A DNA stretch of 64,000 nucleotides from assembly GCA_020348985.1 (NCBI GenBank), contig CP070761.1:2781509-2845508 (forward strand). Direction: 5' to 3'. The notes under the pieces were generated by a model. The model saw only the letters and a list, made by a program, of their open reading frames with translations. It did no database searches and was not told the origin of the DNA. The DNA is from Candidatus Thorarchaeota archaeon (GTDB taxonomy: Archaea; Asgardarchaeota; Thorarchaeia; Thorarchaeales; Thorarchaeaceae). The translations under genes and the position numbers were made by a program. Below, piece after piece: positions 1 to 9,581 of this stretch. Position 1 is the first letter of the stretch. Each line of letters starts with the position of its first letter.

Positions 1-288
1 AGCGCTTCCCATTCCTGCAAACTGGCGCATGGTCCAAATCTTGCCCCTGAACATATTGGGCTGTACACCGCGCGTGTACGGGAATTGACTGGGAAAGCCC
101 AAGTCTTTCAAGTAATCGAAGTCGGGTATATCCGTAGGAGTGTAAAGCCTGGCAACGGGTCGACTCGAAGTTGTAAGAAACTCGTCTCGAAACTCGGGAT
201 GGGTCTCTTCATGGGGCGCAAGTACATCTTGCTCCCATTTTTCCTTTGCAGCTTCGATTTCCTTGAGCTTGGATTTATCATCGCTCAC
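1..288 (-). CDS. Methylmalonyl-CoA mutase family, large (substrate-binding) subunit; N-terminal part, runs off the window edge
   Basis: Not in the ORF track. Manual translation from GTG at 288 gives ...LGFPSQFPYTRGVQPNMFRGKIWTMRQFAGMGSA, matching the acyl-CoA mutase PYTRG...WTMRQ(Y/F)AG motif. Confidence 0.9.
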   Translation of the reverse strand, partial: MSDDKSKLKEIEAAKEKWEQDVLAPHEETHPEFRDEFLTTSSRPVARLYTPTDIPDFDYLKDLGFPSQFPYTRGVQPNMFRGKIWTMRQFAGMGSA

Positions 289-597
289 TAGAAGACGCTC
301 CTGCTCAGTATAACGTGGCCTTGCCTGCGCGAATGATATAAAGTGTTCTGAGTCTGCAGGATGGTCGTTTAGCAAGGAATAGGACAAGATGGTTTGTCGG
401 TTGCCCGGGCTCGCTTTTGCTCTTCTGCATTAGAACGCAGCTAGGGGCTTTCTAGGTGCGTATTGCAGAGAACCTGTTCTGAGTAGTCTGTCGATAGTAA
501 GAGATTTCACGGCATGTTAGAATCAGCAGATGCGGATATTCATTAAGGGCTAGTTTCCACCAGGCTCAACATCCATCTCTGCAGCAGACTGGATCAC

Positions 598-1992
598 TTA
601 CGGGAGTGTGGCACCAAGTATCACAATGATGGATACGGTTAGCTGATATACGGTTGCATTCGGGAAAGCAGTGTATTGAAGAGCCCAGACGAACATGCCG
701 GAGTCATCGCCGATTGTTGAGTATCCCCCGCCTGCCGTGGGTTTATCTCGGTCGATATTATGAAAAGTCACTCCAATCGCACTGGTGCGTTGAGCATCAT
801 CAAGAGCCCTGAAACTCTCAATATCCATCTGAGTGAAACCTACCGTAGCCTCAAGCACATATGGACATCCGCCCCAGTTGACAATGGTTGATTGTACGCT
901 CAATGAGTTTTGCATCCCGCCTGGCGCTGATGGAACTTCGAACGCGCCAAATAACCATTCGTTAAGATACACCGTCAAACCTCCAGAAGGTGACTCATAG
1001 AGGATTATATCCGCGTCGTCCTCTCCCTGCTCAATGTAGGATTGAGACAGAAGCGGAAGAAGTGCGATAAGAAGTATAACGGCTATCACAACTGCCTGCC
1101 GCTGCTGTTTCAATCCGACACGCGCCTTCTTGAGCTTCCCCGCCATGGCCGCCTGTAATTCATGTGTGGAATGACTTTGCATTTGCTCCCCTGAAAGGTC
1201 TTCAAGATTCCAACGTTCATGATTCCGTCTGTAAGCCAGGACTGACCCTAAGTATGACAACAAAGAAACTACAAGCAAAATGAAAACAGGCATGAGGAGT
1301 GCTGCCATGTCTGTGACTAGACCAACTCTCATAGCCATCTCTTGAGGACTCAAGAAATGATGACCAGATAATATGATTGCGAGGAATCGAAACAGATGAT
1401 ATGGTGTAAACAAGGACGTTTCACCATGTAACACCTGCCATGGAGTGAATCCGAAAACCAGACCGATGACAACAAACACTGTACTACCAATCCCGGTCGC
1501 AAAACGCCAGTCATCCACCATGAGTGCAGCAAACGCAGCAATAGAGCACATGACCCATGACACTGGCAGTACTGCCGTGATGACACTTGGGAGGTACACG
1601 AGAAGGCTGCCACTCCCTGCTTGGGGAAACATGAGGGGAGTTGTGCTAAGAGCAACAACTGTCATGATGATCAAAAAGACTGTTGTCATTAGGAATAAGA
1701 GAAGCAATCTGGAGATAAGTGGGAGAACCCGTGACTCCCCCTCATGGCTAAGTCTTGCATGAGCATGTGGAGTGGTCAACAACAACGCTGCGCACAAAGA
1801 AAACAGAACTCCAGTAAAGAACGTCGTCGCGACAAGATTGATGACGAAATAAGCCGCTCCAAATGCATCTCTTGGTTCCAAGTTTGGCAGCTGCATCGAA
1901 ACAATGGACACAATTATAGAAACTGTCAACCATAGCGCAAACTCATTCCTCGAAAGCGGCCAAGAGCCAGCGGAACGTTGCCATCGTACCAA
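598..1992 (-). CDS. Multi-pass membrane protein (ABC-2 permease-like N-terminal region, soluble C-terminal domain), function unknown
   Basis: 464-aa ORF with about 7 hydrophobic segments followed by a beta-rich domain. Confidence 0.6.
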   Translation of the reverse strand: MVRWQRSAGSWPLSRNEFALWLTVSIIVSIVSMQLPNLEPRDAFGAAYFVINLVATTFFTGVLFSLCAALLLTTPHAHARLSHEGESRVLPLISRLLLLFLMTTVFLIIMTVVALSTTPLMFPQAGSGSLLVYLPSVITAVLPVSWVMCSIAAFAALMVDDWRFATGIGSTVFVVIGLVFGFTPWQVLHGETSLFTPYHLFRFLAIILSGHHFLSPQEMAMRVGLVTDMAALLMPVFILLVVSLLSYLGSVLAYRRNHERWNLEDLSGEQMQSHSTHELQAAMAGKLKKARVGLKQQRQAVVIAVILLIALLPLLSQSYIEQGEDDADIILYESPSGGLTVYLNEWLFGAFEVPSAPGGMQNSLSVQSTIVNWGGCPYVLEATVGFTQMDIESFRALDDAQRTSAIGVTFHNIDRDKPTAGGGYSTIGDDSGMFVWALQYTAFPNATVYQLTVSIIVILGATLP

Positions 1993-2111
1993 CTCCTCAC
2001 CCCATCACTTGAGCATTCCAGACTTTACTTTTAAATGCGCTTCGACATGTGTCCGAATAAAAGATAGGGGGTCTCGAGAAAGCCCCTCTGGCAAGCTTCC
2101 CTCTTTTCAAC

Positions 2112-2738
2112 CTATTCCGGAGAGCTCGATGTCCAGATGATCCCGTTGACATCTAGAAGAGCCGGATCCGAATGGTCCGAACTAGCTGTCACTCTTACGT
2201 CTCTTTGGTTGTAGTTCATGTATACTTTTAGACCGACCGCGAAGTAGTAGGTGTAGCCATTGAGAAGATTGTATGTGAAGGCTTCGACTTCACTATCACT
2301 AAACTCAGCCTCTACATCATCCCACTCCCAACTTGTGAAATCGTCCCACCAAGCTACATGTTCCTCTAGTTTAACGAAGTCAGAAGAATATAGTCGAAAC
2401 ACAACGTAGATTGTTACTTTAGCATTATATGCGGTTTGTAACCTGTAATCTATGTCCCATGATGCTGACATATACCAAGTTGGTGTCCAAGTCTCACTCA
2501 TTTCCATGGACCCCGCTACCCAAGCCGCGGACCAAGTTCCAGCCCAATAATAATAAGGCCAAGGAAGAGCATCTACTTTGATTTCGCATTCTCCGTTACT
2601 TGAAGTCGCATCGACCACAGCAAAGTTGCCGGGTTGGTCTTCGTCAGCTGCTGCATATGGTGCCGAGTCCGAACCTGCCCAAGCAGACACCTCCGCCACA
2701 TCCATACCTATAACAAGAAGAACCAAGAGGGGAATCAA
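2112..2738 (-). CDS. Secreted, Trp/Tyr-rich hypothetical protein
   Basis: Signal-peptide-like N-terminus (LLVLLVIGMDVAEVSA). The frame stays open upstream and encodes a basic n-region (IIYKRRK), so the true start may lie about 27 nt further upstream. Confidence 0.6.
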   Translation of the reverse strand: MIPLLVLLVIGMDVAEVSAWAGSDSAPYAAADEDQPGNFAVVDATSSNGECEIKVDALPWPYYYWAGTWSAAWVAGSMEMSETWTPTWYMSASWDIDYRLQTAYNAKVTIYVVFRLYSSDFVKLEEHVAWWDDFTSWEWDDVEAEFSDSEVEAFTYNLLNGYTYYFAVGLKVYMNYNQRDVRVTASSDHSDPALLDVNGIIWTSSSPE

Positions 2739-3007
2739 AACTAGTTTTCTTCTTTTGTAGATGATGGTTTCCTCAATTCTCGCGGAATCTGAACCATGGA
2801 GTAATTGCTTGTACGGTGTACATAATGTATCACATTCGGCTCGAAAACATGGTTTCCTTATCGATTTCGATGCTTTCCCTCAAACTGAGGCGGCGGTTTT
2901 GGTAATGACATTGAATTATCCGTAGATTGGGCTCACGTATTCATACCACTTGCGTTTCTTCCGCTTCGTCCTTAGATATTCATCAATATACGCGACTCTG
3001 AAATCAT

Positions 3008-3029
3008 AAAGTTCACCCGGGTGAACTTT
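3008..3029. promoter_or_regulatory. Perfect 22-bp palindrome, probable transcription-factor operator
   Basis: AAAGTTCACCC|GGGTGAACTTT in the intergenic region upstream of the 2738 and 1992 minus-strand genes. A TATA-like TATAAA on the minus strand lies about 25 bp upstream of it. Confidence 0.55.
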
Positions 3030-3114
3030 TCGGTCGAAAGCTCAATCAGGCGTTTATACACACCATATCCTACATCTAGAGTGTTCTGAATACTGCCATC
3101 GTTTTTGGACAACA

Positions 3115-3678
3115 CTAGAACTCGAAGCCTTTGCGTGCCATCACATCATCGGTCGAGAAGTAGTGTTTGACTTCCTTCATCTCGGTAACAAGGTCCGCCG
3201 CATCTATGACCTCCTGACTCGCATAACGCCCAGTCATAATCAATTCGACATTTGGGGGACGAATTTCAAGCAAATCCAACTGATCCTCCAGGGAAATGAG
3301 ATTCCACTCAACTGCCACGTTGATTTCATCAAGAATAAGGACATCACAACTCTGATTCTCTAATGCATCCCTTGCCATTTGTAGACCATTCTGGGCCATT
3401 TTTATGTCGACTGGGTCAGGATGCTCTTTGTCCACGAATGTCTCTCGTCCCACAGGCACGATCTCAAAGTTGGAGATGCTTTCAACAGCTCCGAACTCCC
3501 CGTAGTTCACATCTTCAACGCCGTCACGTACTGCAACCTTGGATTTCATGAAGCAAATCATCAGCACTTTGAGACCGTGGCCTGCGGCACGCAATCCCGC
3601 GCCTAGAGCGCAAGTAGTCTTGCCTTTGCCATGTCCCGTGTAGACCTGGATTCTTCCTTGCTTTGGCGTCTCTGGCAT
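3115..3678 (-). CDS. cobO: Cob(I)yrinic acid a,c-diamide adenosyltransferase (CobA/CobO/BtuR)
   Basis: IQVYTGHGKGKTT P-loop, ILDEIN, LIMTGR and ADLVTEMKEVKH motifs. Confidence 0.92.
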   Translation of the reverse strand: MPETPKQGRIQVYTGHGKGKTTCALGAGLRAAGHGLKVLMICFMKSKVAVRDGVEDVNYGEFGAVESISNFEIVPVGRETFVDKEHPDPVDIKMAQNGLQMARDALENQSCDVLILDEINVAVEWNLISLEDQLDLLEIRPPNVELIMTGRYASQEVIDAADLVTEMKEVKHYFSTDDVMARKGFEF

Positions 3679-3687
3679 GTAACATTG

Positions 3688-4332
3688 TCACTCCGACTTG
3701 AGAGAGCTAGCGATCTCAGCAACTCGCTTACCAACTCTTCGACTACTGGCGATTGCCATTTCGTCTTTCTTCGGAGACCGCCACTGCCCATCATCTGTCT
3801 GTAGACTACCTCCACCAAAGAATCCGTCAGTGACGGGATCGCCCACAGCACCCACAACAATCATTCCCTGTGTCAGGGCATACCTGTTGAGCAGGTCTAT
3901 AACCGGTTCTTGACCACCCAAGCGCAGTCCTGCATACGTGATTGCTCCGAATACCTTGTCCTTGAGTTCCTGGTCCTGCATCTTCATGGGTCTTGACCGA
4001 TCAATGAGGTTCTTCAAGATTCCAGGGACAGATGTGAAGTAAGACGGCGCAGCAATAATGATTCCGTCAGCCTTTCGCAGCACTTCCTCAATCTTCCTCA
4101 TGTCATCTTCATCACTCTCTGGGCAAGGGTCTCTTCGTACGCAGGCATCACATCCCGTGCACGGTCGAATTTCGTACTCACTCACATCCAGAAGGAGCGT
4201 CGTATCTGACTCCGAATCTTCAGTTGGCAGAATCTCAGCTGCCGATTCCAATGCTTGCTGTAGGAGAAATCGCGTGCTCGATCTTTCCTTCTTGGGTGAA
4301 CCACATATGCCGACAACCAGCATCCTTTTCAC
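3688..4332 (-). CDS. Iron-sulfur flavoprotein (flavodoxin/FMN reductase fold)
   Basis: GSP motif, compact CTGCDAC...C cluster motif, ADGIIIAAPSYF..VPG.LKN.IDR. Confidence 0.85.
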   Translation of the reverse strand: MKRMLVVGICGSPKKERSSTRFLLQQALESAAEILPTEDSESDTTLLLDVSEYEIRPCTGCDACVRRDPCPESDEDDMRKIEEVLRKADGIIIAAPSYFTSVPGILKNLIDRSRPMKMQDQELKDKVFGAITYAGLRLGGQEPVIDLLNRYALTQGMIVVGAVGDPVTDGFFGGGSLQTDDGQWRSPKKDEMAIASSRRVGKRVAEIASSLKSE

Positions 4333-4374
4333 GCAAACCGGAGCAGGTTGTGGGCGGCATTTAGCAGTTTTGAT

Positions 4375-5115
4375 TCAATTGGAGAGGGCCTCGTTGAGTG
4401 TGTAGGCCATCTCACTTGCCAACTTTATCGCAGTCATATTGCTGCTGTCGCTCTGTGCTGCAACAACTACGGCAAGCGTGTTGATTCGAAAAACCTGAAG
4501 GATGTGGTCCTTCACGTGTATTCTGGTCGGCACGATATCCATGGCAACCCCTACCCCGCCTTCCAAAACAACGCGCTCAACCTGGGGAATATATGCCTCG
4601 GGCAGATTACCGCGTATCATCCGACCACTTACGTCTAGAACCCCTGCATAGGCGACCTCTGGATTCTCCATCACCCAATTGACAAGCCCTTCAATTACCT
4701 CGATCACATCTTCGTTAGGCCTCGTGAGGTCGAGTTCCACGTATCGGGCCACCAAAGCATCAATATCACCTAGTGAAGTCAAATCACCATTCCAGAAATT
4801 AATCACATCACCCATTGATTTGATAATGGCCTTCCCCAATGAGAGCATCCTCGAGCTCAACACGGTCTTGTTTTCGTCCTTGCTGGCCAGGAGAATTACT
4901 GCGAAAGACTCGAAGAACATGTAAGCCCAAAGACCATCCTCGGTCTCCATCGTGTATACTTGCTCAACCGAAGTGCTGTCACGTGAGTGGAAGAGACTGC
5001 CACATGCTCGAATGTGAGAGGGAAGTGGGGGGTACTCAGAGTCCAAGTTTTCTTCAAACGACCTTCCGTAGAGTGTGCTCCATTCATTCCCTGCGAGATA
5101 GGCGCGAAGAATCAT
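4375..5115 (-). CDS. Putative longin + roadblock/LC7 two-domain protein
   Basis: The N-half follows the longin pattern (LRAYLA..W..LYGRSF ... WAYMFF..FAVILLAS ... WNGD). The C-half follows the roadblock pattern (PEVAYAGVLDVSGRMI ... LAVVVAA ... C-terminal helix). Confidence 0.6.
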   Translation of the reverse strand: MILRAYLAGNEWSTLYGRSFEENLDSEYPPLPSHIRACGSLFHSRDSTSVEQVYTMETEDGLWAYMFFESFAVILLASKDENKTVLSSRMLSLGKAIIKSMGDVINFWNGDLTSLGDIDALVARYVELDLTRPNEDVIEVIEGLVNWVMENPEVAYAGVLDVSGRMIRGNLPEAYIPQVERVVLEGGVGVAMDIVPTRIHVKDHILQVFRINTLAVVVAAQSDSSNMTAIKLASEMAYTLNEALSN

Positions 5116-5247
5116 TTTTGCTCCCGGCTAAGATTGACCAGACAAGAAATGGACGACTTAAGAGTTGCTGGTCCAGACATTAGCTTTCGACACGTGCTTC
5201 ACTGGCCTTATATGCCAATGTGTGCGCAGAGCTCGTGGTGCACTAGC

Positions 5248-5559
5248 GTGTCCGAGAAGAAGAAGAAAAGGGAGCATTTGAAACGCACCAGATACGACAT
5301 ATACGCAGAATTAATTCGCGTGATTTACATCTACGGTCATTGCCCATTGACACGCGCAGCCAGATCAACCAACATGCCGGTTGATCGAGCTAAAGAGTCC
5401 ATAACTGAGTTGGTGGAGAGAGGACTCCTAGAGGAAGAAGATGATGACGGCCGGAAAGTGTACATTGTCTCAGTGAGAGGTCATCAGTATCTTGAGCTCT
5501 ACAAGAGGATGGCAGGTCTGGTAGGCATTCCCATTCCAGATCCAATAATTGGCATGTAG
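5248..5559 (+). CDS. Winged helix-turn-helix transcription regulator (archaeal type)
   Basis: Start moved to GTG 5248. KRTRYDIYAELI...LT...TN...ELVERGLL...YIVSVRG..YL is a typical archaeal wHTH. Confidence 0.8.
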   Translation: MSEKKKKREHLKRTRYDIYAELIRVIYIYGHCPLTRAARSTNMPVDRAKESITELVERGLLEEEDDDGRKVYIVSVRGHQYLELYKRMAGLVGIPIPDPIIGM

Positions 5560-5663
5560 AAGACCAGTTGGGATTGCCAAATGACTAGTCACATCTTGTG
5601 ACCCTAAATTGTGGTTCCGCTTTAAATAGCAAATCTCCTCGGTTTTAATCAGAAAGAAATCAG

Positions 5664-6932
5664 TTGATGATAATGGCAGAACATGAGAATCAACAATCTG
5701 ACAGTCCTAAATTCAAGAATCAGGATCGCGTTGAGGTGACAAGTGTCAGCGGCGACCTGGTAATAGAAGACTGTAGGACATTGAATCCGTCGGAAGGAGA
5801 CACCATCACAGTGTCAGGCACTGTGAGAATCCGAGGCGATTTACTCATCAGGGGGTCTCTGAAGGCTCACGGCCTAAAGGCAAGGGGCAGAGAAATCATC
5901 ATCGAAGGAGACCTCGTGGTCGAGAATTCTGTAATAGTTGACAAAGGTAAACTTGAAGTCCATGGAAACCTGAAAGCAACGGAAGTCAGTGCGGACTCGG
6001 CAATCACGGTAATGAAGGATCTTGACTGTGAAGTCGCCAAGGCAGGGGGTTCTCTGAAGGTAGTTGGCAATACAACAGCTCAGAGGCTGTCTGCTGGAGG
6101 TTCAGTCAAAATCGAGGGGGACGCCAAGGTCAATAGGATCAGCTCCGGCGGCTCAATTAGTGTCGGAGGCCGGATTGAATGTGACGAATTCAGTGTCGGT
6201 GGTGCAGGCAAAGTAAGCCACGGAATGATTAGGAAAGTGGACGTGGGTGGCAGTTTCAAGGCCTCTGGAGCGGTCCAGGTGGAAGAGATTGACGTTGGCG
6301 GTGCGGCCAAAGTGGGTCCAGGTTCAAATGTCGAACAAGTAGATGTGGGAGGCTCGTACAAGGCCGAGGGTGATCAGACATTTGGTTCAATCGATGTAGG
6401 GGGTGCCGTGAAGATTGACGGAAACGCAAGTGGAAGATCGATTGATGTTGGTGGTTCCGTGAGTATCAGCGGGGATCTCACGCTAACAGAGGATATCGAC
6501 GTAGGGGGTAAAGTCACTGTTGATGGCAACCTCAAAGTAAGCAAGAAAATCAAGGTTGGTGGCACGGTCGAGGTCGGCGGCAGAATTGACACCTATAGGA
6601 TAGTCGTAGGCGGCAGAGTTGAAGCCAAATACATCTATGCTGAAGATGGCTTCAGAGTTGGTCGCAATTCGGACGTCAGAGGTTTTGTTGAGTCGAAGAA
6701 CATTCTCATTCGAGAGCGTGCCAGGGTCGAGAGTGTTTATGGAGACGATATAAGAATCGAAGAACGTGCCAGGGTCAAGAGCATCTACGGCAGAGCAATC
6801 TACATCGAACGTGATGCTGTAATCGAAGGCGATGTTCTGTATACTGAAAGCCTAGAGGGTGAGAAAGGAGTTACCTTCAGGAGTGAGCCCAGAAAGGTTG
6901 ACTCATTGCCGCCACCAGACCAGTTGAACTGA
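5664..6932 (+). CDS. Bactofilin-like polymer-forming beta-helical protein
   Basis: Numerous ~16-17-aa repeats of the form (I/V)DVGG(S/A)(V/F)x(I/V)xG. The C-terminal region IRERARVESVYG..IRIEERARV..IYG is bactofilin-like. Confidence 0.75.
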   Translation: MMIMAEHENQQSDSPKFKNQDRVEVTSVSGDLVIEDCRTLNPSEGDTITVSGTVRIRGDLLIRGSLKAHGLKARGREIIIEGDLVVENSVIVDKGKLEVHGNLKATEVSADSAITVMKDLDCEVAKAGGSLKVVGNTTAQRLSAGGSVKIEGDAKVNRISSGGSISVGGRIECDEFSVGGAGKVSHGMIRKVDVGGSFKASGAVQVEEIDVGGAAKVGPGSNVEQVDVGGSYKAEGDQTFGSIDVGGAVKIDGNASGRSIDVGGSVSISGDLTLTEDIDVGGKVTVDGNLKVSKKIKVGGTVEVGGRIDTYRIVVGGRVEAKYIYAEDGFRVGRNSDVRGFVESKNILIRERARVESVYGDDIRIEERARVKSIYGRAIYIERDAVIEGDVLYTESLEGEKGVTFRSEPRKVDSLPPPDQLN

Positions 6933-6945
6933 TGCGTTTTGACTA

Positions 6946-6976
6946 GGATGAGCAGCCATACGAAGGCGGCTCATCC
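6946..6976. terminator. Stem-loop between convergent genes
   Basis: GGATGAGC...GCTCATCC inverted repeat between the stop codons at 6932 and 6982. Confidence 0.45.
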
Positions 6977-6981
6977 GGCTT

Positions 6982-7776
6982 CTAGCCGACCTCTCCTTTT
7001 GCTAGTATCAAGATACGACGTGCACATTCGGATGTGTAGGGGCGTTTGTCAAAATCTCCGAATTCTTCCAGTACTTCGAAACCTGCTGTCTTCAGAAGTG
7101 AGTCGGCCTCATGATTGTATAGCACCGATGCTCCTGACAGAAGCTCTATTTTGTCGGTCTCCTTCCCCGATTGCTCTGGATATTCGATTGTGAAACGGAG
7201 TTTGAGTTCTATTATCTGATTGACCGAATCAACTCGCATCTCTCCAAACCGGGTCACAACACGTCCATCAGACATTCTTGCGGGAGGATCTTCGAAAGTG
7301 CCATGATCAACTAGGGCTCCACCTGGAAAGAGGTCCAAAATGAATAGCCCATTATCCTGCAAATGCCTATGAACACAACCAAGTACTGACAATTGCTCAG
7401 CAGTTGTCAGGGCATGTCCGAAAGAAGAGGGGATGAGTATCAACGGGAACTCGATCCCAAGCTCAAAGTTTCTCATATCTCCCTCAATCAGTGAAATCCT
7501 ATCTGCCTCAATCTCTGGAAGTGCTCCAAGGTACTTTCGAGCCACATTGAGCATTGCTTCAGACGACTCTATTCCATACACATCATAGCCGGCCTTTGAG
7601 AGCGCGATTGCTACCCTTCCAGCTCCAGATGCCAAATCAAGAATAGGAGAACCCAGTTTTTCGGCGTATTCCAAATAGAGTGGTATGTCTTCATTGCTGG
7701 CAAAGAGATTGTAGAACTCAGCGGCCTCTTCGTAGCCCTTTCTAAGATGAGCGAATGGGTCTGAGCTTCCTTTCAA
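6982..7776 (-). CDS. Class I SAM-dependent methyltransferase
   Basis: ILDLASGAGR motif I, GIESSEAML, EGDMRNF, HLQDNGLFILD. Confidence 0.88.
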   Translation of the reverse strand: MKGSSDPFAHLRKGYEEAAEFYNLFASNEDIPLYLEYAEKLGSPILDLASGAGRVAIALSKAGYDVYGIESSEAMLNVARKYLGALPEIEADRISLIEGDMRNFELGIEFPLILIPSSFGHALTTAEQLSVLGCVHRHLQDNGLFILDLFPGGALVDHGTFEDPPARMSDGRVVTRFGEMRVDSVNQIIELKLRFTIEYPEQSGKETDKIELLSGASVLYNHEADSLLKTAGFEVLEEFGDFDKRPYTSECARRILILAKGEVG

Positions 7777-7832
7777 GTGTAGTGTCCTCTGCCTTGGTAA
7801 GTGAGACTTTCATTTGAAAGGTTTGGCTTGTT

Positions 7833-9581
7833 CTATGCAGAAACACTTGTCGAATCTATTACAACCTTCTGTTCCAGATGTTCGCGATATCTTTCTGGCA
7901 CGGGATAGTTGTCGAACGAATGGGCATACCAACGATTTATCATCTTCTCCAATTCCTTGTTCGCTCTCTCCCAGAGTTCATCGCTTACTTCAGGGTGAAT
8001 CGTCCAAACCTTCCCCACGGGAGTCCTTCCGATCTTGCCCTTCTTGGCTATTTCTTCGCCACCCTTGATGGTTAGGTAGGACTCTCCGAAGGTCTTGATT
8101 ATCTTCTCAGGATCATCTGCTAGATTCGTCTTTGTGGGATCTAGGTCATAGACTGTCACATCGGCGTCAGCCCCGATTCCAAGATGGCCTTTGACATCGT
8201 GCATTCCTAGGATCTTGGCTGGTGCCGCCCTTGTTGTGATTGCAATCTCGTAGAGGCTCCATTCTCTTTCTATGTCGGCCAGGGTGCTGCGCTCTGTCGC
8301 GAACTTATGCACTTTCTCCAGCCAGATTTCTCTTTGCTTCTTGCTCATCAGCCAAGAGAGAACAAGTGGATACTTTGTAAAGGGACCAGCATTTGGATGG
8401 TCCGTGGTCATAATCACACGCCAGACGTCGTTCACACTGAGAGCGAATTCCAATGGTATTGCCCACTGTACTGCATTTGCAGGCGACTTGGGATCAAAGA
8501 AGTAAGGCACAACTCCTGCTCCGCCGGGCATCTCGACGTCGACACAGATGTTAGCCCACTTGTTCTTCGTCATCTGATACAAAGTGAACTGGAATGGGCC
8601 ATCTCCTGTCATTGTTGTAGCAGGCCCGAATGTTATCTGACCCAGATCTACTGTGAAGTGTTTGTTCTTGTTTGCATACTCGGCTAGCTCAAGCCCACCA
8701 GATGAGACCCACTTCCATTCTGGCTTGGCCTTCTCATCTTCGTGCATTGCCAGGCTCTCAAAGGACATGTGAGTTAGGTGACAGATTTGCTTCCGACCCT
8801 TGTGTCCCTTGATATCCTTGATTGCCTCAAGGTGTTCGATTGTGGTCTTGATGTTCCCAACTCGACCAAGATTCAGTGGGTGAAGATGCATGGTATGAGG
8901 AAGACCAAGTGCTTCAGTAGCTTCAGTCAATCCACGGATGATTTCGCGTGGTGTGATTCCCCAATCAGGCACTTCTGAATCGAGCTCCCGGACATTCCTG
9001 CCATGGGCCCACGCATACGTGCCTCCAGGACAAACGACCTTGACACCAAGGCCTCCAACCTTTCGAAGAATCCAAGCAATGTAACCGGCCAGACCGCTGA
9101 TGTCCTTCTCCTTTACGTAGTTGAAGGTAATCATGCTGTTACAGAAGAGTGGTAGAAGTCCATTGTCTAGGCAAGGCACATCCTCAAGCTCCTCCCAGCT
9201 ACCTAGAGCCTTCAGGGCTGGCAATGCCGGCTCTATGACTGTTGTATAGCCCATCGCTGAGTATCTGTATCCAATGACATATGAGTTGGGCATTGTGTAC
9301 CCTACGCCACCCCTGGTGACCTTGGTCTTAGGAACTGGGTCTTTCCTATGGTCTTCAGGGCACATTGCTCGCCCGAATCCAAGCTTACTACCCACTATAT
9401 GGGAGTGCATGTCAATTCCCCCAGCCATAACCATTCGACCCTTCAGATCAATGGTCTTTGCTTTGCCAGAGACCCTCTCGACAATCTTCCCGTCTGAAAT
9501 TGCGATGTCCTTCTGTTCCCCATCGACCCGGTTCATCGGATCGTAGACTCTGCCATTTGTGAGAAGCATTTCCTTAGTCAT
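7833..9581 (-). CDS. fwdA: Formylmethanofuran dehydrogenase subunit A (amidohydrolase)
   Basis: GGIDMHSH, GYTTVIEP, KVVCPGG, MHLH, TMTGDGP, TTDHPNAGPF and TRAAPAK.LG motifs. Confidence 0.93.
   Translation of the reverse strand: MTKEMLLTNGRVYDPMNRVDGEQKDIAISDGKIVERVSGKAKTIDLKGRMVMAGGIDMHSHIVGSKLGFGRAMCPEDHRKDPVPKTKVTRGGVGYTMPNSYVIGYRYSAMGYTTVIEPALPALKALGSWEELEDVPCLDNGLLPLFCNSMITFNYVKEKDISGLAGYIAWILRKVGGLGVKVVCPGGTYAWAHGRNVRELDSEVPDWGITPREIIRGLTEATEALGLPHTMHLHPLNLGRVGNIKTTIEHLEAIKDIKGHKGRKQICHLTHMSFESLAMHEDEKAKPEWKWVSSGGLELAEYANKNKHFTVDLGQITFGPATTMTGDGPFQFTLYQMTKNKWANICVDVEMPGGAGVVPYFFDPKSPANAVQWAIPLEFALSVNDVWRVIMTTDHPNAGPFTKYPLVLSWLMSKKQREIWLEKVHKFATERSTLADIEREWSLYEIAITTRAAPAKILGMHDVKGHLGIGADADVTVYDLDPTKTNLADDPEKIIKTFGESYLTIKGGEEIAKKGKIGRTPVGKVWTIHPEVSDELWERANKELEKMINRWYAHSFDNYPVPERYREHLEQKVVIDSTSVSA

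Noticed and set aside
85-291. 68-aa plus-strand ORF in the track
   Set aside because: Antisense shadow of the methylmalonyl-CoA mutase gene found on the minus strand.
5867-6592. Pro/Thr-rich repetitive minus-strand ORFs (PPTS repeats)
   Set aside because: Antisense reading of the DVGG repeats of the bactofilin-like gene.
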